Shown here one piece after another: positions 47,905 to 61,805 of a DNA stretch of 63,986 nucleotides. The stretch is from Malacoraja senta (lineage: Eukaryota). The stretch covers positions 26,166,001 to 26,229,986 of the forward strand of contig CM075987.1 in assembly GCA_038087875.1 (NCBI GenBank). Direction: 5' to 3'. A program made the translations under genes and the position numbers. A model generated the notes under the pieces. It saw only the letters and a program-made list of their open reading frames with translations, ran no database searches and was not told the DNA's origin. Numbering within the stretch: position 1 is the first letter of the stretch; each line of letters opens with the position of its first letter.

Positions 47905-48374
47905 TCAGAAGGGTCTCAACCCAAACGTCACCTATCCATGTTCTCCAGAGATGCTGCCTGACCCGCTGAGTTACTCCAGCACTCTGTGAAACGTCACCTA
48001 TCCATGTTCTCCACAGATGCTGCCTGACCCACTGAGTTACTCCAGCACTCTGTGAAACGTCACCTATCCATGTTCCGGCAGCATCTATGGAGCGAAGGAA
48101 ATAGGCAACGTTTCGGCCCGAAACCCTTCCGGGTTTCGGCCCGAAACGTTGCCTATTTCCTTCAGGGTTTCGGCCCGAAAGGTTGCCCATTTCCTTCGCT
48201 CCACAGATGCTGCCTGTCCCGCTGAGTTACTCCAGCACTCTGTGAAACGTCACCTATCCATGTTCTCCAGAGATGCTGCCTGACCCACTGAGTTACTCCA
48301 GCACTCTGTGAAACGTCACCTATCCATGTTCTCCACAGATGCTGCCTGACCCGCTGGGTTACTCCAGCACTCTG
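47905..48374 (+). repeat. 66-bp tandem repeat derived from the Penelope tail, with a central 33-bp-stem palindrome
   Basis: Unit GAAACGTCACCTATCCATGTTCTCCASAGATGCTGCCTGACCCRCTGAGTTACTCCAGCACTCTGT; hairpin 48094-48163. Confidence 0.88.
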
Positions 48375-49109
48375 CATCTATCTAACGTTCATCACATAGG
48401 CCTAGTTTCAAATTCTTGGGGTGAAAGTCTCCATTAACTCCCGCCTGTTCAGGATGAGTGCGGAATCAGACATCACAGGCTTCACACCAGCCCCTGGTTC
48501 ATCTGGTAGAGCCTTGATCAAATCATAAATTACATTCAGCGAAGGCATAAAAATGTGGGGAGAAATATGGCATTAACAAGGGCTAAAGAATTCATAACTA
48601 GATACACATCTGGGGTTTAATCTAATGATTGAATTGTAAATCTTGTAGTGTCTATTTCTCAATATGACTATCAATCTTAAAAATAAAATTACCATTTAAT
48701 ATAGATATGGAATCTGCCATCACATAAACATGTAATCTAGTTTGCCGTTAATGATGTCTTTCTTGATGATATTTCACTTAACTAGTTAGGAAAACAAATT
48801 GTGAGAAAGCTAATCGGCAGATGGAAGGGTATTATCATTCATTTCTCCATCACCTAAATCCCCTTCATTATGTGACAAGCCTGTTGTAAATTATGTTTCA
48901 TTTCCTGTGTGTGATTCATCAAACTACAAATTGAATCTGTATTTCCGTGATCCCTCATTCAAAATAAACAATCCCATGATTTGCACGCTCTAAAGTGAAG
49001 AATTGTTCTCTACGAGGCTCCATTTACTTTAAGTTTATTTCTTGTCACCTGTACTGAGGTACAGTGATAGCGTTCTTCATCTGTTGTGTGTCTTGTAGAC
49101 CTGCAGCTC

Positions 49110-49530
49110 CGTTGAGGCGAGCCAGGCCAACGTGTGTGTCATCGTCCAGGTCAATCAGACCTCGTTCACCATCCGGTGGCCGGTGTTTGGGGCAACTGGT
49201 GACTATGTGTGGGCTCCACTGTCTGTGTTGGGTCCCCACACTCGCAGGAGGCACTCGCTGTCCACGAGGCCCCACCTCTTCATCGCTACTCCATAGCGTC
49301 CGACGCCTGTCCTCAAGCGGTTGAAGGTTGTCCACTGCTTTCGGAGCAGGACCTGGCCAGGGACGTCCATGGGGTCATCGAAGTAATGGTGTAGCCTAGA
49401 TGGTTCCGCTGGCTTCCACTGGTCTCTCCATCTCGTCTTGACCCAGGCAGCCTTAGAAGCGTCAGCCGGTGTTGTGCAGAGCAGCTCCTGGGCTTGCGTG
49501 GCAAAGGGGTGCCGTGACTTGAGGCGCACT
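49110..49530 (-). mobile_element. Vingi/Ingi-like LINE C-terminal fragment
   Basis: RLKSRHPF..WTTFNRLRTGVGR..WG, then after frameshifts CECGDPTQTVE..HIVTSCP zinc knuckle. Confidence 0.65.
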
Positions 49531-49738
49531 CGTCATGGTGTCTCTGTGGTGTCTCTGCAAGGCAGCAACTCTACCGCTGCGCCACTGTGCCGCCATTCTG
49601 AATACCTTATGTGCCCTGTTCAACCTATGACCCATCTCTGCCTTGGTGGGCAAAACAGTGCCGACCGATATCCAGGAAAAATAGTAATTGAAAATTAAAT
49701 TGCCTGCGCGTTTATGATTTGGCACTCGGTGTGCTTTA

Positions 49739-50678
<940 letters not shown>

Positions 50679-51095
50679 TAAAAGGCCGAGTCAATGTGCA
50701 TTAACAAAAAATGGAATATTGTTGACATATCTTTTGCAGTTTTGTTTTAAGTTTGCAGTAGGTAGAAATATATATAGGTACACAAAAATGTTGGAGAAAC
50801 TCAGCGGGTGCAGCAGCATCTATGGAGCGAAGGAAAAATATATATATACTGTTGAGCTGTAAAAGATGCACAGTCCTTTACCCAGAGTAAGAGAATCAAG
50901 AACCAGATGACGGCATATGTTTAAGGTGAGGGCTCAGAGCAAATTCTTTCATTCTATGGAAAATAATCTTGTAGTTGAAGGTTTGCTGTAAACATTCACC
51001 AAATTGTTGAGATCGGGAGTCTATGAGCCCCTGGCTCTCAGCTCTCTGGAATTTAAAGTAACTTAAGGAGATCTGATTGAATAATATATTGAATG

Positions 51096-51414
51096 GGTGG
51101 CACGATGGCGGAGTGGTAAAGTTGCTGCCATACAGTGCTTTCAGGGCCAGAGACCCGGGTTCGATCCCGACTACGGGTGCTGTCTGTACGGAGATTGTAC
51201 GTTCTCCCCGGGACCTATGTGGGTTTTCTCCGAGATCTTCGGCTTCCTCCCACACTCCAAAGATGGTTTGTAGGTTAATTGGCATGGTATAAATGTAAAT
51301 TGTCGCCAGTGTGTGTAGGATAGTGTTAGTGTGCGGGGATCGCTGGTCGGTGCAGACTCGGTGGGCCGAAGGACCTGTTTCCATGCTGTATCTCTTAAAC
51401 TAAACTAAACTAAA
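51096..51414 (+). mobile_element. HE1-like SINE
   Basis: Full copy with (CTAAA)n tail. Confidence 0.88.
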
Positions 51415-51675
51415 ATATCAAAGTGATCTCGGCAAGCCCCCGGCACTGGTATTTATCCTCCCTGCAACAGTTAATGCCAAGGCTAACAATCACAAAATAA
51501 GAGGGCTGTCATGCAGGAAAACATGTTGTCACCTATGACAAGAGAGCTTTGACATTTACTACTCCAGAGCATAGTGCAGGCTCAAGCCTTGAATATATTC
51601 AAGAGGAATGGTGATAGGATTTGGATAACAAGAGAAGCAATGGGATGCCGGGATTGTCCTGCAATATATCATTGA

Positions 51676-51900
51676 GATAGACTTGGTACTGGAGTTGGGC
51701 ATTTCAATGCCAGCGTGTGGAGACGGGGGCTTCGTCAGAGCCCTGCCTGTGAATGCGGAGCAGAACAACAGACAGCCAACCATGTCATCTCTGGGTGCCC
51801 GCTCTACCACCCACCAAATGGAGCTCAGTCAGGGCCTGGCAGACATTGACGCCAACAGAGACAACAACCTGGCTGCTCAACACCCGGCTTGAGATCTAAC
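51676..51900 (+). mobile_element. Vingi/Ingi-like LINE C-terminal fragment
   Basis: Manual translation DRLGTGVGHFNASVWRRGLRQSPACECGAEQQTANHVISGCPLYHPPNG (frame absent from the ORF track). Confidence 0.65.
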
Positions 51901-51972
51901 TATTCCTTTGGTTTAGGTTTTATTCGCAAGAAGAAGGTCGAGATATGACCGTAGAACATGGAACAGTACAGC

Positions 51973-52472
51973 GGGTGGCACAATGGCACAAGAGTAGAGT
52001 TGCTGCCTTGCACCGCCAGTGACCCAGGTTTGATCCTGACTACGGGTGCCGTCTGTCCGGAATTAATCCCTTCTCCCTGTGACCAAGTGGATTTTTTCCA
52101 GGTTTCTCCGGTTTCTCTCTACAAAATACAATACAATACCGTTTATTGTCATTTGAACCTCAAATGAAGTGCAAACGAAATTTGGTTTCTGCAGTCATAC
52201 AACACGAAAAAACAAAACACACAATTAACACAATTTACACAAACATCCATCACAGTGAATCTCCTCCTCACTGTGATGGAAGGCAAAGTCATTGTCTCTC
52301 CCCTGTTTTCCATTCTTCTCCCGATGTTAAGATGTGCAGGATTGTAGGTTAGTCGGCTTCTATAAATTGTCCCAAGTGCGTGGGACAGAACGGGTGTTTG
52401 AGTGATCGATGGTCGGCGCGGACTCGGTGGGTCGAAGGACCTGTTTGCATGCTGTAGCTATAAACTGAACTA
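51973..52472 (+). mobile_element. HE1-like SINE split by a minus-strand retroposon tail (~52124-52327)
   Basis: SINE halves flank AATACAATAC..GTTTATTG. Confidence 0.7.
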
Positions 52473-52647
52473 AAAAAACACAGGGACAGGCCCTTCTACC
52501 CACAATGTCTGTGCCGAACATGATGCCAAGACCAACTCTTATCTGCCTGCACAAAGCCCTCATCCCTCCTTTCCCTACATATCCATCTGTGCTTGTCCAA
52601 CAGTCTCTTAAATGCTAAAGTAATTTAAATATATACAATTTTAATTT

Positions 52648-52953
52648 TTAGTTTAGTTTAGTTTACAGATACATCACGAAAACAGGCCCTTCGGCCCATC
52701 AAGTCCGCGCCAACTAGCCATCCATGCACATTGAAACTACCCCCTAGAGACAATTTGCAATTGCACCAAGCCAATTAACCTACAACCCTGCACGTCTTTG
52801 TAGTGTGGGAGGAAAGCAAAGATCTCGGAGAAAACCCACGCAGGTCACGGGGAGAACGTACAAACTCTGTACAGACAGCACCCGTAGTCAGGATCGAACC
52901 TGGGTCCCTGACGCTGTGAGGCAGCAACTCTACCGCTGCGCCACCGTGCCGCC
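52648..52953 (-). mobile_element. HE1-like SINE
   Basis: Full reverse-complement copy. Confidence 0.85.
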
Positions 52954-53409
52954 GTTAATTTGCTACTTTCTGTTTAAGAATGGTGAAATGGGGGATTGTT
53001 TGTGTGTGGAGCAATTTCTGAGTTAGGTTTGGGAGCCAAGATCCACAATGAGCGACCATTTGGACCCGGTAGAAATCGAGCTTTTTTTCAAATATTTCAA
53101 GTCATTTTATTAATGGCACAGCGGCGCAGCGGTAGAGTTGCTGCCTTACAGTGCTTGCAGCGCCAGAGTCCAGGGTTCGATCCCGACTACAGGTGCTGCC
53201 GGTGTGGGCTCGATGGGCTGAAGAGCCTGTTTTCATGTTGTGTCTGTAAACTAAACTAAACTAAATTAAACATTTAAAATTTCCATTTGTATACATTTAA
53301 ATTATTTTAGCATTTAAGAGAGTTTTGGGAAATGGTCTGTTTCCGTTCTGTATCTCTAAAACTAAAATTAAAAACGCTAAAATTAATTTAAAAAAATACT
53401 GACTTGACA

Positions 53410-53428
53410 ACCAGTGCCCCCTGGTGGA
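53410..53428 (-). promoter_or_regulatory. CTCF core motif candidate
   Basis: Minus strand TCCACCAGGGGGCACTGGT matches CCASYAGRKGGCRS, in apparently non-repeat DNA. Confidence 0.6.
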
Positions 53429-53589
53429 ATGACCAAGCGTTGGTTAAGGGTAAGACACAGGAATAGACTTGGCTTCAGCGCTTCCCTGTGAGTCTGTAGC
53501 CTGCCAAGTGCCGATGTCTTGGCGCAAACATAAAGAAAGCTGTGCAGATACCCTGAGGAGATGTACACTCCGATGATCCGGTAGATGCG

Positions 53590-53915
53590 CAGAGTCCTTT
53601 ACCCAGAGTGGGTGAATCGAGGACCAGAGGACATGGGTTCAAGGTGAAGGGGAAAAAATGTAATGGGAATCTGAGGGGTTACTTTTTTACTCAAAGGGTG
53701 GTGGGTGTATGGAACGAGCGACCAGAGGAGGTAGCTGAGGCTGGGACTATCCCAACGTTTAAGAAACATTTACACAGGTATATGGATAGGACAGGTTTGG
53801 AGGGATGTGGGCCAAATATGATCAAGTGGGACTAGTGTAGCTGGGACATGTTGGTCAGTGTGGGCAAGGTGGGCCGAAGGGCATTTTTTTCCACGCTGTG
53901 TCACTATGTCTCTAT
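53590..53915 (+). mobile_element. CR1 (HER1-like) 3' end
   Basis: ORF 53608-53835 TRGH..FFTQRVVGVWN; GGGCCGAAGGGC tail. Confidence 0.85.
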
Positions 53916-54010
53916 GATTGTGGGATTCAATACACACAGGGATGAAAGGGTGAGAGAATGAAGGGATATACAGTAAATTAAAAACTAGGGCAAAATAGGT
54001 GTTGTAATAA

Positions 54011-54142
54011 GTCTGATGAAGGGTCTCGACACGAAATGTCACCCATTCCTTCTCTCCAGAGATGCTGCCCGTCCCGCTGAGTTACTCCAGCATTTTGTGT
54101 CTATCTTTGGTTTAAACCAGCATCTGCAGTTCCTTCATACAC
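54011..54142 (+). mobile_element. Short Penelope-tail unit starting at a CTGATGA core
   Basis: Flanked by GTGTTGTAA and GTGCTGTAA. Confidence 0.75.
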
Positions 54143-54179
54143 GTGCTGTAAAAACGTTAGCTATACTAGTATGACCAGG

Positions 54180-54868
54180 GGGCGGCACGGTGGCGCAGCG
54201 GTAGAGTTGCTGCCTTACAGCGACCGAGAACCGGGTTCATTCCAGACCACGGGTGCTGTCTGTACAGAGTTTGTACGTTCTCCCCGTGACCTGCGTGGGT
54301 TTCCTCCGGATGCTCCGGTTTCCTCTCACATATCAAAGACGTGCAGGTTTGCAGGTTAACTGGATCCTGTAAATTGTCCCCAGAGTGTAGGATAGGAGTC
54401 GTGTGCAGGGATCGCTGGTCGGTGCGGACTTGGCGGGCCGAAGGGCCTGTTTCCGCGCTGTATCTCTATACGACACTAATGAGATGGAAGTCCCCAGTCC
54501 AATGTCGCAAGGGGTTCAATGTCTTCAAAAAACTGATTGTGATCAATTTGGGTTTTATATTGAGTTAGACTTTTAGAAATACAAGGCAGAAACAGGCCCT
54601 TCAGCCCACCGCACCAGCCAGCAATCACCCCCCCCCTACGCTAACAAAATCCAACACAATAGGGACAATATACAATTCACAGAAGCCAATTAACCTACAA
54701 ACCTGTACATATGTCTTTGGGGTGTGGGAGGAAACCGGAGCACCCAGAGGAAACCCACGCAGGTGACGAGGAGACCGTGGAAACTCTGTACAGACAGCAC
54801 CCGTAGAAATGATCGAACACGGGTCTCTTTCACTCTGAGACAGCAATCTACCATTGCGCCACCGTGCC
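54180..54868. mobile_element. Two convergent HE1-like SINEs (54180-54470 plus, 54570-54868 minus)
   Basis: SINE motifs on both strands. Confidence 0.82.
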
Positions 54869-54907
54869 GATCCTGAGACCTGTTGGGTTTTGTGTATTGA
54901 TACACAG

Positions 54908-55500
54908 AAAGCCATCTTCTTCACTGCCGTGTGCCGGGGCAGCAGGGCGAAGGCCGCTGACGCCAACTGGATCAACAAGCTCTTCAGGAAGGCCGGCTCC
55001 GTCCTGGGGGTGGAGTTGGATTCACCGGAGGTTGGTCTTGGAGAGGAGGATGCCCCTCAAACTGAGGAGCGTCCTGGACAATACAGCTCACCCCCTCCGT
55101 GACACACTGGTCAACCTGAGGAGCACCTTCAGCAACAGACTGGTCCCACCAAGATGCAGCACAGAACGCCACAGGAGATCCTTCTTCCCTGTGGCTATCA
55201 AACTGGACAACTCCTCCCCCTTCTGTCGTGGGGTAGACTGACTCCCCTTCCCCCCTCACCTCCCCAATCTTTGCATATTCGATAGACAATAGACAATAGA
55301 CAATAGGTGCAGGAGTAGGCCATTCGACCCTTCGAGCCAGCACCGCCATTCAATGTGATCATGGCTGATCATCCACAATCAGTACCTAATCCTGGAGTTT
55401 CCACTCGTCACTTTAATTTCTCGTTTGATGTATCTTGTTCTGTTTTATGACTGTTGGCAGACCAATTTCCCTCCTGGGATAAATAAAGCTGTATCGTATT
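54908..55500 (+). mobile_element. Rex1-like LINE 3' fragment with a nested CR1 tail (same family as 37410)
   Basis: KLRSVLDNTAHPL..SFFPVAIKL. Confidence 0.78.
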
Positions 55501-55925
55501 GTTTCATATCCTATCGTATAAGTGATCCAACATAGGTGGTTACTGAATCTGAGACACAAATATTTTGCTTTGTTAGATGGGAACTTACGATGATATTTTA
55601 AACATTTCTCATACTTTAGATGAGACATTAATACAAGACATTCGTGCAACCCTTGAAACATCAGCCCCGGGCCACTCCCTCTTCTCCCCTCTCCCATCGG
55701 GCAAGAGGTACAGAAGTGTGTAAACGCACACCTCCAGATTCAAGGACAGTTTCTTCCCGGCTGTTATCAGGCATTGAATGGTCCTCTCCCCAGCTAGAGA
55801 GGAGTCCTGACCTCCCATCTACCTCATTGGAGACCTTTAAACTTTATTTAATCAGACTTCATCGATTCTTAATGTTACATCTTTGCACTACATTCTGGAT
55901 CTTAATCCTTTATCTTGATTGTATT

Positions 55926-56062
55926 GTGTTGGAAGGAACTGCAGATGCTGGTTTAAACCGAAGAAAGACACAAAAAGCTGGAGTAACTCAGCGCGACAGG
56001 CAGCATCTGTGGAGAGAATGAATGGGTGACGTTTGGAGTCGAGACCCTTCTTCAGACCCTCA
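55926..56062 (-). mobile_element. Short Penelope-tail insertion with 8-bp TSD, inside a Rex1-like 3' fragment (from ~55665)
   Basis: ATTGTATT at 55918-55925 and 56063-56070. Confidence 0.8.
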
Positions 56063-56139
56063 ATTGTATTCATGTACAGCATTTTTTGACTGGAGAGTTG
56101 AGTTTAGTTTATTGTCGCGTGTACTGAGGTACAGTGAAA

Positions 56140-56681
56140 AGTCTCTTGCCCAGAGTAGATGAATCGAGAACCAGAGGACATAGGTTTAACGTGAATGGTA
56201 AAAGATTTAATAGGAATCTGAGGGGTAACATTTTCACACTAAGGGTGGTGGGTGTATGGAACGAGGGGGTAGTTGAGGCTGGGACTATCACAACATTTAA
56301 GAAACATTTAGACAGGTACAAGGATAGGATTGATTTTGGAGGGATAAGGGCCAAACGTGGACAGATGGGACTTTTATTCCGAAGGGCCTTTTATACCACA
56401 CTGTATCACTATGACTCTATGACACATTTGGCAGTGAATCTGTGAGTCTGTGGAATTCTCTGCCTCGGAGGGAGGTGGAGGCAGGTTCTCTGGATACTTT
56501 CAAGAGAGAGCTAGATAGAGCTCTTAAAGATAGTGGAGTCGGGGGATATGGGGAGAAGGCAGGAACGGGGTACTGATTGGGGAAGATCAGCCATGATCAC
56601 ATTGAATGATGGTGCTGGCTGGAAGGGCCGAATGGCCTACTCCTGCACCTATTGTCTATTGTCTATTGTCTATTGTCTATT
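56140..56681 (+). mobile_element. Two adjacent CR1 3' ends of different subfamilies
   Basis: ORF 56134-56445 motifs; the second ends in (CTATTGT)n. Confidence 0.82.
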
Positions 56682-57214
56682 GTTAGCCCCACGTATGTTA
56701 GCCAATACATATCTCGACACTAAAATAAAGATTGCAATGCACAAATTTGACAGGTCCTTGTTTCCTGACAACAAATGTTCTTCCAGGGTACTTCACTATC
56801 TGCAAACCAGTTTAGCATCTCCCGTGGTTATGAACATGCTAAGTAAAGATTAATCATTCTTTGTGAATCTTCCTTTCCAAATTTTTTCATTGCTATATTA
56901 AACAGTTTCCTTCTCAGCAGGATACGAGCGCAAATTAAGTATTCGATTCCGATGAAAAGGTCTGTGGAAATTTGAAAAGCTCCCAAGATGGCCCGTGTAA
57001 GACATTTTCAGCCGCTGTGTTTTTATTAATAAATATCCAGCTGCTCGCTGATCACATATGTGCTTTAGGAAAGGACGAAAATGTATGTCGAAAGAGTCTC
57101 ACAGGATCACTTGAGCAGAAATTCCTCACTGCATAGCAATCAGCGACATGACTGATGCATGTAAATACGGTTTGCCATCAGCTACCAACTCACTGTAACA
57201 GGCGTCAACTTTAG

Positions 57215-57805
57215 ATCATAAGATCAGAGGTGATGGGGGTAGAATTAGGCCATTCGGCCCATCATGTCTACTCCACCATTCAATCATGGCTAATCTATCT
57301 CTCCCTCTCACCCCCATTCTCTGACACCTGCACTAATCAAGAATATATCTATCTCTGCCTTAAACATATCCATTGACTTGGCCTCCACGGCTTTCTGTGT
57401 CAATGAATTCCACAGATACACCCACCCTCTGACTAAAGAAATTCCTCCTCATCTCCTTCTTAAAAGAACGTCCTTTAATTCTGAGGCTGTGACCTCTGGT
57501 CCTAGTCTCTCCCACTAGTGGAAACATCCTCTCCACATCCACTCTATCCAAGCCTTTCACTATTCTGTATGTTTCAGCTCTATCAGCTGCACCACTGTAT
57601 CATGCCTATGGTTCATAGTTTATATGTTCTAGGAGCAGAATATGGCCGTTCAGCCCATCATAAGGTCATAAGTGATAGGAGCAGAATTAGGCCTTTCGGC
57701 CCATCATGTCTACTCTGCCATTCAATCATGGCTGATCTATCTCTCCCTCTTAACCCCGTTCTCCTGCCTTCTCCACATCACCCCTGACACCCGCACTAAT
57801 CAAGA
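57215..57805 (-). mobile_element. CR1 3' fragments
   Basis: ORF 57360-57560 KGLDRVDVERMFP..TRGH; extra tail copy at 57660-57805. Confidence 0.8.
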
Positions 57806-57934
57806 TTCCTTCAATCTCGCCATCTCCCTCTGAAAAATCTGTCTTGAAACTGTCCAGGTATTACTGAATAGATCGGATCATTGGTTCATTGAACTTTGTA
57901 TATAAAGAGGCATGAAGGACATGAAGAAGACACA

Positions 57935-58166
57935 GGGTGGCACGGTGTCGCAGCGGTAGAGTTGCTGCCTTACAGCGCTTACAGTTAGTGTTTCGGTTTC
58001 CTCCCACGCTCCAAAGACGTACAGGTTTGTAGGTTAATTGGCTTGGTGTAAATGTAAAATTGTCCCCAGTGTGTGTAGGATAGTGTTAGTGTTGGGCGAT
58101 CGCGGGTCGGCATGGACTCGGTGGGCCGAAGGGCCTGTTTCCACACTGTATCTCTAAACTAAACTA
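57935..58166 (+). mobile_element. HE1-like SINE with internal deletion
   Basis: A box joined to the V-domain 3' half. Confidence 0.78.
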
Positions 58167-58624
58167 CGCTCTGAAGTTCTATTATGGAACGTAAAATTTC
58201 TGGCAACAGTTCTCAACTTTCTCATCATTATGCATAATAGAATCCCTTTTGATGAAATGAAACCTCTCTGATTATTTATTTAGATCATTTAAAGGACTTG
58301 GCATGACTATTCCACTCCACTGAATTCCCATTCTCAAGCAATTCACATTGCCACTCCATTTGGCAGATGTGTCTAACTTTGTCGAAAAAGTTATTATCAA
58401 TTTGGATCAACATAGAACATAGAAGAATTCAGCACAGGAACAAATCATTCAGCCCACAATGTCCGTGCCGAACATGATGCCAAAATAAATGCATCTCCTC
58501 TGCAGATATCCATATCTCTTCATTGCCATGAAGCTATCTTCAGTTTAGTTTAGTTTAGAGATACAGTGCGGAAACAGGCCCTTCGGCCCACCGAGTCCGC
58601 GCTGACCAGCGATCCCCGCACACT

Positions 58625-58726
58625 AACACAAACACAAACACAAACACAAACACAAACACACACACACACACACAAACACAAACACAAACACAAACACAAA
58701 CACAAACACAAACACAAACAAACACA

Positions 58727-58770
<44 letters not shown>

Positions 58771-58810
58771 CACGCACGCACACACACACACACACACACA
58801 CACGCACGCA

Positions 58811-58842
<32 letters not shown>

Positions 58843-58876
58843 CGCGCGCGCGCACGCACGCACGCACGCACACGCG

Positions 58877-58943
<67 letters not shown>
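58625..58943. repeat. Compound (AAACAC)n/(CACG)n/(CG)n/(CA)n microsatellite inside a SINE
   Basis: Direct reading. Confidence 0.97.
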
Positions 58944-58945
<2 letters not shown>

Positions 58946-59165
58946 CAATTTACAATTTACATTTATACCAAGTCAATTAACCTGCAAACCCGTACGTCTT
59001 TGGAGTGTGGGAGGAAACCGATGATCTCGGATGAACCCGACTACGGGTGCTGTCTGTACGGAGTTTGTACGTTCTCCCCGTGACCTGGGTGAGTTTTCTC
59101 CAAGATCTCCGGTTTCCTCCCAGAAACCTACAGGTTTGTAGGTTAATCAGCTTGGTGTCATTGTA

Positions 59166-59293
59166 TTAAAGAAGGAACTGCAGATGCTGGAAAATCGAAG
59201 GTACACAAAAATGCTGGAGAAACTCAGCGGGTGCAGCAGCATCTATGGAGCGAAGGAAATAGGCAACGTTTCGGGCCGAAACCCTTCTTCAGA
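59166..59293 (-). mobile_element. Short Penelope-tail insertion (subfamily B) with 7-bp TSD, inside a SINE
   Basis: CATTGTA at 59159-59165 and 59294-59300; begins TCTGAAGAAGGGTTTCGGCCCGAAACG on the minus strand. Confidence 0.85.
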
Positions 59294-59880
59294 CATTGTA
59301 CATTGTCCCTGTTGTGTGTAGGGTAGTGTTAATGTGCGGGGATCATTGGTCGGTGTTGACTTAGTGGGCCGAAGGGCCTGTTTCCTCGCTGTATCTCTAA
59401 AACTACAAACTAAACTAAAGGTTTCACCTTTGGAATAAGATCCATCACCTTTGGCTTGAGTTTAGTTTAGAAACACAGAGTGGAAACAGGCCCTTTGATC
59501 CGTGCCTGAGCAGCCACCACCATCCTTGCCCTGGCGCTCGGCATTGACCTTGGATCGCTGGCCCCCACTGGGATTTCCCAGTCTGAAGAATTATTAATAT
59601 TATTCATGTTTAATGTTTTATGTATGATTCTTAACTATCACTGTGTGTCATGTTGTCTCTTGCGGGCGGAGCACCAAGGCAAATTCCTTGTATGTGAATA
59701 CTTGGCCAGTAAACTTATTCATTCATTCAAGATGGGTTCCGATTTTGTCCTGGGTTTAACTGGTATAAGTGACCGGTGACAGGTACTGTAAGTGAAATTC
59801 AGAGACCTCCCTCTACAATGCTGATGTTTCTGAAGATCAGTGTTTTCTGACGGGGAAACAGAAGGACCTGTCCAGATTCC

Positions 59881-60790
59881 TTTTTTTTAAATTTTTTATT
59901 TTTTATTTATTAGAAGTACATTACATTACAACCACATACATCAGTACTCGTCACTTATATCTTCTTACGATTAATGTACTCCGTTTGTTTTTTACACTAG
60001 TAAAAGGAAAGGATAAGATTGAAAGAAAGAAGATAGTGAAGGAAAAAGTGAAAGTGTAGAAAGTGTGACAACAAAAAAGGACGAAGACCCTATAAGAACA
60101 AAATTAAAAACAAAAGAAAAAGAGTTAAGAAATAGACCCTAGAAAAGAAGGAGAAAGAGAAAGAGGAAAAAGAGAAAAACAAATAGTTTTTATGAGCATC
60201 ACGCAAATGGGACATACCAACTCTTCAACTATCATCACCCTTTACCTGACCTCAGTTTTTTTTTTAAGGTACCTTTGCACCCTATATTTGTAATAATTCT
60301 ATAAATGCAGACCACGTCAGGTGGAAGTGATCTGGTTTACCTGCCAGGAGGAGTCTTATCTCTTCTAGGTGTAATGTTTCGAACATATTTGAAATCCACA
60401 TGTTTATAGTTGGTATTGGAGCTTTCTTCCAAAATTTTTTCCAGTTATTAACCCATAGTCTATTAATTTCTTTTGAAACACATTTAGTTCTGGACCATCT
60501 TCCGTTATTCCGAAGATAATCCATTCTGCTTTGGGTATCAGTTTTATTTTAAATAATTTTGTAAAGATTTCGAAAATTTCATTCCAAAATTTTGGAATTT
60601 TTGTACAGAAAACAAATGAGTGCGCTATAGTAGCTTCTTGGGATTGACATTTATCACAAATAGATGATACATTTGGGAAAATTTTATGGATTTTAGTTTT
60701 GGAATAATATAATCTATGTAAAATTTTAAATTGTATTAAAGTGTGTCTTACATTAATCGAACATTTATGCTTATTCCTAACATTTATGCA
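59881..60790 (-). mobile_element. L1-clade LINE 3' fragment
   Basis: LIQFKILHRLY..CDKC..HSFVFC..FW CCHC region; T-rich 3' UTR, AATAAA and A-rich tail on the minus strand. Confidence 0.85.
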
Positions 60791-61805
60791 GATTCCTATG
60801 CAGATTCCTAACATAGAGGGGAAAGAAAGTTTAGTTTAGCCTAGTTTGTTGTCACATGTATCGAGGTACAGCGGAAAGCTTTTTGTTGCGTGCTATCCAG
60901 TCAGCGGAAAGACAACACATGATTACAATCGAGCCATTTTCAGTGTTTAGATACAAGATAAAGGGAATATCGTTTAGCGCAAGATAAAGTCCAGTAAAGT
61001 CTGAACCAAGATAGTCCGAGGGTCCTTGGAACATGGGCAGAAACCGGAGCAACCAGAAGACACCCACGCGGTCACAGGCAGAATGGCCCCATAGCAGAAG
61101 CGTCCACGTCGCGGGGCTGGAAACAGGAAGTATCCTGACCTAATTCTGCCACCACCATCATCTACTGCTACAAGTGATGGCTCCCACTGATTGTCACCGG
61201 ATGCTCGAGTCCTTTTCAGGACGGACGATGACAGCGAGGTCAACATTTGTAACATGGAAGGTGGCCATGAAAGAAGACAGGGAGAATGTTAAAATTCCAC
61301 ACCGACAGCTACTGAGGTCAAATCTAATTGAAATTTCCCCCATTCTGTTGCAGAAGATATTCTTGGCTACTTAAAATGTCACTGCTTTAAGTGGAGTTCA
61401 CATCTGCTGGTTAAACATTGTTTACAAGATAGAGTGATGAACTACAGTACTTATTTAATACAGCCACCAACCACCTCCTTGCAGTCCATATAATCTGTCC
61501 ACAGTTGTATTTCAATGGTCCTTGACAATCTTTAATGATGTCCTGAATCCTGAACAACTTAATACAAGCTTTTCACCATTGCTACCACAAGCCATTATCT
61601 TCCTCTCCACAAATCACAATTGTGGTCTAGTGTCACTTAATTGTGCACCGTTATTTATCTCTTTTTATCAAAAATGATGAAATGGAACTGCAGGTTTTCA
61701 TATTCTTTCACATCACCTGCATAAAATTATTTTACAAATACTTAATTTGATCTGCTGTAATTTTGGACAAAATATCCTACAGTCAATAAAACTCTTGACT
61801 TTTAT

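Larger units (their letters stand above)
58542..59418. mobile_element. Inverted HE1-like SINE pair (58542-59030 minus, 59036-59418 plus)
   Basis: Two headless SINE bodies joined back to back. Confidence 0.75.

Noticed and set aside
47905..48374. CRISPR-like array
   Set aside because: No unique spacers, units derive from a Penelope tail, eukaryotic context and no cas genes.
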